From Azolla caroliniana (Eukaryota; Plantae; Polypodiophyta): 64,000 nt of DNA. The notes under the pieces are model-generated. The model made no database searches. It was not told where the DNA came from and saw only the letters and a list, made by a program, of their open reading frames with translations. Both the position numbers and the translations under genes were made by a program. The stretch is taken from NCBI GenBank assembly GCA_043228905.1, contig JBHGNT010000001.1:15128001-15192000 (forward strand). Direction: 5' to 3'. Positions 26,158 through 36,612 of this stretch are shown here, in pieces (position 1 is the first letter of the stretch; every line of letters starts with the position of its first letter).

Positions 26158-26244
26158 TGTTTAACCCTCACACTTTATTCACTAGTATAAAATACTATTG
26201 TACATTCTCACCATAGGATATTATATGGTCATACCCGTAACAAT

Positions 26245-27105
26245 TACATAGCCTGGATTAAGGAGATTTGTCATTACCTCGCATCCATGAATGTAACTGT
26301 CAAGGAGGACGAAATGGTACATGTCAGCCTTCGTGGGTTGGCGTCAAAGTTTGGAGCATTCCGAATGGTGGTCTACATGAGAGAGAACATGTCATCATTC
26401 TTTGAGCTACAATAAATGTTGCTCGTTGAAGAAAACCACACGGGTGTATTGACAAGTGCGTACACCAACACCAAAATGTTGTACAGAGAGCCGGATCGGC
26501 CCCGGGATTGTTGTGGGTTGGCATGCAATGGAGGCGGCCAATAAGAGTAGAAAAGAAGGCATAGAGGTGGTGCCAATAGCAGTTCCGAACCCTGAACGAG
26601 CAAGGGGAGCCATGGTGGTGCCGGAAGTCTGCAAGGAATGGTCGTTGCGGACTGTTGATAATGTGGCCAAAAGGGCCATATAGAGAGCGAGTGTTGGAAG
26701 AAGTGTGCTGATTCGGACAGAGCCGAATCAAGATGAAGTGATGCAGATAGGCGTCACCGATCACACTTTGCCAAGAAAGGAGATCAATTCGAAACGGGCC
26801 CCACACTAGTAATGAAGCACAAGGCAAATAAAAAGGGAATAGGTACCACAAAACTAGAAGAGGTCTAGTACATTGATTCAAGAGCGTCAAATCATCTGAC
26901 GAACCATGTTGAATGATTCACGAGCTTGGGAAACCAGAACAGTCGGGAGTTGTTGAGACCGGTGACAACATCGTGCACCCCATCAAACATGTGGGTGATG
27001 TACCGCTCAACCATGTCGGAGAAAAGGGGGTGATTCTGAACGTAATGCATGTTCTGACAATTCCAAAGAACTTGGTTTCTACCATACAAATTGTCGATCA
27101 ACGTA
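26245..27105 (+). pseudogene. Ty1/copia gag-protease fragment (family of 43494-46915)
   Basis: Zinc-knuckle remnant, IDSRASNHL, LNVMHVLTIPKNLVS. Confidence 0.8.
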
Positions 27106-28430
27106 GATAAACTAAAGGACGTGCCCACATAAGTAAAAGAGAAAACGGAGGCACTGGTTGTGCAAGAAAAAATCCTCGAAGAGACAACAACAAAGCTATT
27201 AGCGGACGCGACAAAGGAAAGGTTCGAGTTTCTAACAGAACAAAGCTAGATAATCGAGTGCTCGCGAGAGGTGTTGACTAAAGTGCAAACAACCTATCAG
27301 ACCCAAATTATGAATTACTAGGCTGAAGCAATAGCTAAAGTAGGAGAAAGAGGCCACGAAGGAGAGAATGCAAATGCAGATTAAGAGAATCTAGAGATTG
27401 TCATAGGCCAGTGTGAACGGATGCGAGCAAAATGGATTAATGGTGTGCAATTGTATGCAAACAATGGTCAAAACAGGCAACTGAACTTCAGTTACTCCAT
27501 GCTGATGCAAAAAACCGAAAGAAATCCAACGACAAATTTTATAAAATGGACTAGGATAGCTTCACAACAATCCAGGAGGAGTTGTCACATGACTTCTATC
27601 TATGTACCAAGTACAAATAAACGGGGTGGAGTCCAGAGGTTATTGGAGGAATTTGAAGACGATCAAATGTAGGTAATGCTAGAGTTGGAAGCATATGAGC
27701 GGGAGAGAAGGCGAAGGGTGGTTGAGCAAACACAGGAGTAGCAAGCAGCACAGATAAACATCAACAATGAAGAACAACCTGTGGTTGCACCGGATACAAC
27801 GATGGAACACCAGCTGCAGGCACATCTAGAACCACAGGAGACACAACCCGAACAACTGGCACAACAAGCACCCATGCATCAACAAAGTGCAGATGAGCAA
27901 CTAACGACCGATGCAGGGAACTCTACACAACAACAAATGGCATAAGAAGAAGAGCGGTTAGACCTGGTGGACAAAGACATTCTAGACATACTTGAGGAAA
28001 GCTGAAGGACGGAGGAATGGCGATCATGGTTATGGATTGTAGGTTTGATGTGGAAGGCATTGTCCCATGGGCATGCCATGTGAGGCCTAAAGGAGAGTAT
28101 GAACCGAAGGTGTGAAACGGGGTTCAAATATTTAATAATTAGGAATATGTTATTATGTGGGGATGGATCCGAAAGGATGTACCGATCCGGATATGCATTG
28201 TTTTGTACCTCGTCAGTCGGTGCATGCACCATTTAGTATCAGAATTGGATGCCTATATAAAGGACCCGGATTGAATGTATTAAGGGAGCGAGTAATATAA
28301 TCTTTTGTTGTCTATCTTGCGTACTTGTTGTCTATACTTCCATGTTTTAATCTTGTGTGTGTAATCAACAATCGAATAAGGTGCATGTGTGTTCTGGATA
28401 CATAACCGGTTTATCTATAATTGGTTGTGG
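27106..28430 (+). mobile_element. Ty3/gypsy 3' internal coiled-coil region plus LTR-like remnant (family of 60447-63033)
   Basis: Reverse-complement similarity to 61050-62070; TATA-bearing LTR-like tail at ~28070-28400. Confidence 0.6.
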
Positions 28431-28554
28431 ACCAATCCATCATTCCAACCACACCTTTGGAGAAGAATTTCGGAAGGGAATACCTTGTGTTTGGTTTAAG
28501 GTCTAGCCCAGGATAAACACTATTTTATCAGTGGATGCCTACTTCAAGGACGTG

Positions 28555-28818
28555 AAGGTTATTCACCCATCTCAATAAGATTTTTATTATAGATAGAAAT
28601 ATATTGTAGAATTTATTGAATGTTGCAATGGTTACCCATTATTCTTAACATAAACATCAAGAAATGATTGTGGTGCAATTAGATTTGGAAAACGCATATG
28701 ATCCTGTTAACTAGTCTTTTCATTCAGTAGCGATGCTTAATATGGGGTTTAGCCCTTGTATATGTCAACTTCTTTTTTTTGCCAGGGCAAAATGTAACAC
28801 CTTGTGTGATGATTAAAG
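28555..28818 (+). pseudogene. L1-type LINE RT fragment (left flank of the DNA transposon)
   Basis: IHPSQ..FIIDRNIL, QLDLENAYDPVN*SF, MGF..VMI. Confidence 0.75.
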
Positions 28819-29103
28819 AACACTAGGTCATTTAGAACATGTAATATGTCGCAATTTAAGAACATTCCGACACAAAGTAGGTCATTTCACAAAAAGGACC
28901 ATCGCATGTGTAAAGGGTTTTGGAAATTGAATCAAATATATTGATTTATACCATGTCCAAAAAGTTAGGGCTTTCAAAAAATGCCCCTAATAATCGACGG
29001 ATGAAATTTACAAGAGAACATACAAAAATTACCAAATGACTAACATGTATATTTATACATATTTGTGAATCGCCATATTGATGTAACATACAATATTTAC
29101 ATT

Positions 29104-31837
29104 TCAAATATGAGATCCATCACTTCCCAGAGATATGCGTTCCCCTTCAAACCCACCCGATCAACTAGAAGAGCTTTGCGAGGTCTCATCCTCATCATTA
29201 CTAGCAACCAATGCATTGTCTTTACCAATTGCAATCCAACGTCACCATGTTATGAGACATACTCCTTGTTCATCTCTATGTTGCGTGAACAGGCACATTT
29301 GGGATCTTGTCTTTTATTATCTTGATTCTAGGCTGTCTTAAATGGCCTCTTTAGGTCAAGGAGAAGTCATACACGAGTATGTCGACATTATCAAGTGCTA
29401 GACTAGACGTGCTTGGTAGATCCTTTCTTCTTCGCTTTTTGCTTGTGGTTTCGACATCCTTAACCATCTCTAAAGAGTACTTCCCAGTAAATGCATCTTT
29501 GGAAGAGGTACGATACCAATGAACCATAATAGACTTTACTTGATTGCCTTCATCATCCTTAATCATTTCAATGATTTTGGCAATCCAGAAGGAATGGCCC
29601 AACTTATCACCCCCAACTAATGTTGCAACCAACATACCAACTTGTAGCTCATGTAGATTGCCTTGCCACCTCGCCTCTACAACATGTGATAATCTTGGTT
29701 CCTCGTAAATATCTCTTTGTCATGGATGAACTAGATTATTCAATTCAAGATTATCTAGTGGTTGTAAAGGAGTCGTGCTTGCCATTGATGGGCCACCAAT
29801 CGCCCATTCGAATTGATTTTGTAGTGGCCAATACCGCATAAAGTGGTTATCTAATCTAGTATGTTGATGATTAAAGAAGACATCCCACCAATCCACATCC
29901 TGATCACCAACGTACTTTTTGGTTCACTCAATATTTTTCTATTTTTCCTCAAGGCACTGCATCCAATATATCACTTTCTCTTCAATTGAACTACCAACAA
30001 CCAATCTTTTGTGGTCGTCATAGGGCATTTGCTTGGCACCATAGATTATTACATCTGGGAAATGCAATAAGAGCCTACATCTGTCTTGTGGCTCCCATTG
30101 TGAACTAGATGAGTATTATTTGGCATACAACATGGTCTAGTTGTGACCGACCACACCTTTTTGGATGAGGAAGACGTGGTTAAAACTTATATTATTAAGT
30201 GGAGCAAGAACCCTACATCTAGTCCCATCATCATCTAAATAGAAGCGCTTGAAATCATACACTTCATCTAAATGTTGCACATCTGGCTTGGGGGTATAAG
30301 CTTCAACAATCAACCTTGATAGCATAGGAAGTGTGAAAGCATCGCACCTCGCTAATTTCTTGGAGAACCTACTAAACATTTGATCTATATGATCATGTGT
30401 ATGACCAACTAGCAAGAAGTTGACCTTAATCTTTTTGAAAATACCCTTGTCTACTAACATGCTCAGGTAACCAAACACAGTTGAGTTCTTGTTTTCTCTC
30501 GCCGTGTTATCAAGTTGAACGTATACTACTAGTGGGAGTAAACCTTGCCAACTCTGCATAACTCTTTGCATGACTACAACTGTAAGATTAAGGTCGTTGT
30601 GGATATTTGGATAAGTTAAGAACACTTGAGGCCTTATTGTTTGACAATACAAAAGACATCCTACTAAGTGCATCTGCACTAGGCATTCATCTCCAATATC
30701 CTTGGGAAATCTTCGAAAATGTGGCAAACAAGTTTTCTTCTGATCCATCCCACCTATAATCAAGCACATGTATTTTTTCTGGCAATTGAAGCACTTTTTG
30801 ACGATGGTGCATAGCTTTAGATCTTTCCAACGCTTGGCTTTGTCGATGCTCTCTCAATAAAGTCTTATATTTTGTTATTTCTTCGTCTGTTGTCCCACTC
30901 TTTGCCAAGCTTTTTAAACTCGCACAAATCGAACAAACACCCATCCGGACCTTGCGGGGTAGGACCACATTGTTAAACGTTGATCTCCATAAACGATTGA
31001 AATGCCTATATTGTATATAAGCTACACTTTCCAATAACATGTCATCCTTATAGGCTTGGTATACCTCGCGACAAGTGAAGTTATTTGACAAATGTAACCT
31101 TCCAGTGGTGGGCATAACATCACATTGCTTCGAGAAATAAATCTCCATCCATCTAACAACATGTCGCCCAGTCAAGCCCTGACATGAAAATTCTCTATTG
31201 TTGAAAGGCACCCACCACCCCTTCAATAATCGATGTTGAATTCTCTGTAGCCTCATGTTCCCGATGCTATAAGCAATTTTAAAAGCAACTCTACAATTCT
31301 TCATAGTAAGTGAAACGTAGTATTCCACCTGCTGAGAACATGACACTGGTAGATGGTCCTTAACAAGTAGCATTTTGGCAATCAAGAATGTATCTTGTTC
31401 GTCGCCATTGAGAGACAAATACTTTTATCGCAACCCCCATAAGTTTGCCTTTCCAAATATTGATAGACAAAGGCTCCCACAACATACCTTGCATATGTCA
31501 ATTGAAATTTGTCGATGCAAACACAAAAAATTATATCGTTTAACACTCGTCGAGGAACTCTTTGAAAATTTAGAGGCTTATTGCCACAGTCTTCGGTAGC
31601 ATTCGATAAACTAGACTCGATAGGAGTTGTATCGACTTTAATATATATTGTTTTACCTATGTTTAATGGCTCTATCGAAAAAATTGACGTCAAGTTTTGC
31701 TCTTGATCATCGTTGGTCTTAACATGGCACCTTTTATTATTAAGATGGCTATATTCTTCGATTGAGAATAAGGAGTTATCAGATAATATAACAGGCTCAA
31801 TAGAAAACAAAGAATTTTCACTCGACTTTGAAGACAT
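29104..31837 (-). pseudogene. Sola1/DUF7869-like DDD transposase, decayed
   Basis: MSSKSSENSLFSIE.., NCRVAFKI, VCSICASL, IIGGMDQKKT, QLDNTARENKN, FLLVGHTHDHIDQMFS, FWIAKI..VHWY..FTGKYSLEM, KKRRRK; several frameshifts and stops. Confidence 0.82.
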
Positions 31838-32127
31838 TTTGCTGAAGGCCAAGTAACACAAACAATGTCCAAAATAGGCACAAGCTTGGTTCTATAATAA
31901 GCACCATGTCCAAAACCATATTTTTTATTTATTTTTAAAATAAATAAAAATATTAAAAATAATAATAATTTTGAAAATACAAAATAAAAACTATATAAAG
32001 GGAAGTCATCTTCTATTTCTCTTTATCACGTTCAAGTAGAAGAAGGGCATAGGAGCACAAGAGCACTCAGCAACCAAAATCATCAAGTTCTCGCCTCACC
32101 GGTCAAGTAAACATCTCCGACATCAAC

Positions 32128-35100
32128 ATGAACAAGGGAAAGAAAATTGCTAGATATGTTTTCCAACCCAACATTTTAGATTCCGAAAAGATTCCTTAAA
32201 GATTCTATACAAAAATGTATGATTTACGCTAATTTTTACCTTAGTTAAGAGGTCTATATTGTTTATTATTAACATTATTGTTATATCCTTGTGTCATGAC
32301 TTTGTTGTTTTCAATGAGCCACGACAGAAGGTGCCGTCCTTCAAACTTAAAATTGCATCACCAACAAAAAGACCATCTCACACCATGATTAAAGTAGATT
32401 CTCGCAAAGCATTTATCGAGTCCGGAGGTGACGACACTTCAAAGTCTTTTGTCGGTAACACGCCGAAGACTTTAGGTCAAAAGAGTGGGGAGCCTTACCT
32501 AAAGAGCTACCCCCATGTGGAATGGACATTGATCTACATCGAGGAAGAAGGTGACCTCCTTCTTATTCTTGCAAAGTCTGAAAGTGAAGGAAAGTTACAG
32601 GTGGGAAAGACATTCACCTATGGCTACATACGGAACATCGAATATGAACCTCTTCTTCAATGTTGATAGCTCGGTGGGGTTTGGCAGAGTCAAGATCGAT
32701 GAATGTAATTTCATAACTGACTCCTGCCACCCTAAGAAGTCCAAACCGGAACATAAGAAGTACAAGAAAAGGCTGCGACTAGAAAAGGACAAGCCATAGG
32801 TCCTCGAGTTCATAGAAGATGAGGAGGAAGAAGCCGAGCTCGAAGTTATTCCTCTAGGGGGCCACAATTCATCGGGGATACTCACCTCAGAGCATAATCG
32901 GATCAAAGAAAATATTGTGAAGACGAAGCTTGTCCGTAAAGGACAATTATTTCACTTACCAATCTGCTCTATTCAACGGCCACCCATCGATCCAGAGATA
33001 GGAAGATGGGCTCTTGAAATTAGAGAGCCATATTTAGTGCATGTGTAGAACTTAAAAAGAAAAATGAAGATTAATCCACATGAGACTGTAGTGTCATTCA
33101 TAGTAATGGTCGACCCAGATCAATGACGTACTGTTGCTGCAAAAATTTGGTCCTCGGCTGCATCGTGCATTGTGATGACAATGTCTGCTTGAAGTGGGGA
33201 TAGTAGTTGACGAAAGCACCAAGTCGCATTTAGAATAGAGGTTTCAACTTGCCTTTAGAACAGAGGTGGTGTACGACCTCGAAGATCGCATTTTTAGTAT
33301 TTGGGAGCATAAGGAAATAAAGTCAAAGAAGGCTAAGCTAGACCCATAGGTGGAGATGAAATCTAAGTCACGTAAAAGTGACTTAGTAATTGAAGAGTTA
33401 GCCGAAGATATGAAGCTACTTCCTTGGCGGTCACTACAAGGAATTAAGGATGACATATTATTGCTTTGGTGATTTGTCCTTTTTTCTAATTTTAGTTTCA
33501 TTTGGTCCTCGGCTGCATCGTGCATTGCGATGACAATGTCTACTTGAAGTGGGGATAGCAGTTGACGAAAGCACCAAGTCGCATTTAGAATAGAGGTTTC
33601 AACTTGCCTTTAGAACAGAGGTGGTGTGCGACCTCGAAGATCGCATTTTTAGTATTTGGGAGCATAAGGAAATAAAGTCAAAGAAGGCTAAGCTAGACCC
33701 ATAGGTGGAGATGAAATCTAAGTAACGTAAAAGTGACTTAGTAATTGAAGAGTTAACCGAAAATATGAAGCTACTTCCTTGGTGGTCACTACAAGGAATT
33801 AAGGATGACATATTATTGATTTGGTGATTTGTCCTATTTTCTAATTTTAGTTTCATTTGTTTTTTAGCCATAAGGTGTATATGAAGATTCAAGAGTTGAT
33901 GATGAAAAAATTGTCCCTGCCTACATGGGAAGAAGTGGAGCAATCTTGCCCAAAAACATCATCTTACAAGGCTCTTGAAGAATTCTTTATCGTGTTTAGA
34001 GAATGGGTATTTGTATGTTCTACAAATATTGATTGATTTTTGGAAAATGGGTTTCTTTTTAAAAAATTTATAATTACAGAAACCACCTTGTTCAAAGAAG
34101 AATAGTGACAACAATGGAGGCATACCTAGCGCCTTCATCACCCATTTGGAACGAGCTAAATACGAGAAACGTATGACAAAAGGAAGGGAGCTCGAGGTGC
34201 CTAAGGACTCAGATACTGTCAAAAGCTTTTTGCACAAGAGTGATCCTTTTGGACAATTGTATTATAGTGTATATAATAGTGATGTGGGTAATATGCTTGA
34301 CATATTACCCAAAAGACATTATACATTACTCGTCGCGGATATACCGTATGGCTTCAAAATATCAGGCTCGACATACGACGATGTGCCATACAAATATCCG
34401 CAAATAGAGAAGATGGTTAACGACTTTGCAGAGTTGACCCTGGCACCATTATGGTGTATTGTTATATTTCACAGTATGGGTGAGGCATTATCGGTCACGA
34501 CTGCATTGAAGTCGAGATGCCATGCCACCGAACATATGCATTGGTAAGCATTATGTTACTATATATTTAATGTAGGGATTCTATGTTGCTTACTACATAT
34601 TTATTAACTTGTTTCGATTCAATTATACAATAGGGTTAAAACGAACATAACTCGTACCCCGGGTGATCGTATGGTGAGCGTTGTGGAGCACATGTGCGTG
34701 GGCTACTATGACGCAATTTCTAAGAAGAAGGCTCGGGCACATGTTAATGAGCGGAACGTTGTCAACTATATCATGTGCCCAGCTGTAACGAAGAAATTCT
34801 GCCACGTGTCTGGCAATAAGAGTTTAGTAAACCCTTATCAAAAGCCCCAACGATTGATTTGGGTTCTCGACTTATTTTCTGGAACAGGTAATCTCATAAG
34901 TTTCATCAATTTTTTTTAAAATGAAATATTATTTCTTGTCCAGTTTTCTTACTTTTGAATGTGTGATTGTTTATTTAGGAACGACGACAACATGTGCACT
35001 TAAATTGTTTAGGAACTGCGTCACATTAGAAAACGACCCTGACCAAATCAATTTTATTAAGATGAGGATCCAAGGCATCTAGGATTGTCCCGACCAAGAC

Positions 35101-35325
35101 CAAGAGGTCGGGGAAAAGCATATCAACGAAATAGAGATGTTTCAGATGGCCTCTAGAAAGCCGATGGAACCTATAGATGAGGATGGAGGCGACCTTGTCG
35201 ACCTTGAAGATGCACCAGGTTCTGATCATATACAAGATTCAGCTGAGGAGACAAAACATGTCAATGCAGCACCACTGTTAACTAATCTTGGAGAGCAACC
35301 TGTTCCAGACCACCTAATGGACTGA
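32128..35325 (+). pseudogene. Multi-exon gene: putative ParB-like segment plus beta-class N6A/N4C DNA methyltransferase (N6_N4_Mtase, PF01555-like), acidic tail
   Basis: TATA at ~31992. Exons 34080-34543, 34634-34887 and 34979-35325 splice in frame at GT-AG. Motif order is LLVADIPYG, then NPYQKPQRL, then WVLDLFSGTG/TTTTCALKLFRNCVTLEND. Carries stops, an internal deletion and a 355-bp duplication. Confidence 0.85.
33145..33858 (+). repeat. 355-bp tandem duplication within the partner gene
   Basis: atttggtcctcggctgcatcg at 33145 and 33500; near-identical copies. Confidence 0.95.
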
Positions 35326-36166
35326 TTGTATATTAGTTTGTATTTGTAACTATAAAATTGTAACACTAAACTTGTTTTGGAATATAAGATTATTTTGTTT
35401 GAGTACCATTTCTTTACACTATCTTATGGGTTTGCAAACTTTAATTGTCTATCATATATTTGTATTGGTTGACTCGCAAAGTTTGTGGTTGTTAAGTATA
35501 ATTTTTATTGAATAGATGATGATGAACTTATCCATTGCATGACAAATGTTGGTTATAATTGTTTCTTTATTAATATAATTGAATTTAGCTTTGTTCTAGG
35601 ATTTCTGCACTCTTTAATCTTGGTTATTTAGTTTTGAGTGTATAGAATAATATTAACTCAACGTTGTTGCTCACTTGATCTTACATTTACGTTGTTCATA
35701 TATGATTGGGATATAATATTTGTAGAAGTTTTTGGGCATGTGAGGTATATAATGTGACATTCACTTGTGAATATGTGTCTAATTATACCCAAAAGTGCAA
35801 TTTGCTCATTTAATATAACAAGCTTTATAGGAGTTAGAGAGAAATATAGCATTAAAATTGTGTTTCAAAAATTGTTCAATTGGATTCAAATTCAACATTA
35901 TGTAAAATGAACCATATTACAATGATAGTTGAAAGCTTTCTCGTAATCCAAGGGAATGTCTGGCTAAATAAGTGTATGAATTGACAAAATACAGGTTAAA
36001 TTTGAAATCTTCATAATATTAACTGTGTTTTTTATTGTTTTTAAAAGTCATGTGCGCATGCGTGACACATTCTTGAAAGTTTGTTAAAAAGTTGTAATTC
36101 TTGACATCTCATGTATTTATCAATAAAGGAATGCGACATATTACCTATTCTAAATGACTCGATGTT

Positions 36167-36612
36167 AAAGGTGGATTTGTTCCCAAAGATTCTCTTAAAA
36201 TATCAATGTAGCAAGGACGTCCACTTAGTCCATTATTATTTGTTATCGCTATCCATCACTTGTAGAAATGGTGTTCAATGAGTGGTGATGTTGTGGGTTT
36301 GCCTCTTCTTCCATTTGGTGGACAACTAGTGGCATAAGCCTTAGCTAATGATTCTCTTATGTTTCTATAGGCTTGAAAAGAAAATCTTGAAAGGAGTATG
36401 TTGGCTTTAGGGTTGCATATAAATTGGTTATTTCTTGTGCGGAGAGTAATTTGGAATATTTGAAATGGAAAGGGTCCTTGATTGCACGTGGATCAATTTA
36501 TTGACATTTCGGGTATCTTTTGCGTATTGATGTTGTAAACGTTCAACTGATTGACTAGATTGGTAGTAAATTGTATGTATTGGAAGCTTCAATTATGACC
36601 ATTTCATGTACG
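36167..36612 (+). pseudogene. L1-type LINE RT fragment (right flank)
   Basis: QGRPLSPLLFVIAIH, later ALAND (FADD-like) and YW..QL*PFHVR. Confidence 0.75.

Larger units (their letters stand above)
28819..36166. mobile_element. Sola1/DUF7869-like DNA transposon carrying an amino-methyltransferase gene, member 2 (both termini present)
   Basis: TIRs 28819-28853 and 36132-36166, 29/35 identical; TSD AAAG at 28815-28818 and 36167-36170. The empty site reads VMIKGG..SM*QGRPLSPLLFVIAIH in frame (L1 RT). Confidence 0.9.

Noticed and set aside
32128-35325. Bacterial contamination or a restriction-modification system
   Set aside because: The gene has in-frame GT-AG introns and a TATA box, and lies within TIRs inserted in a plant L1. 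No restriction endonuclease was seen.
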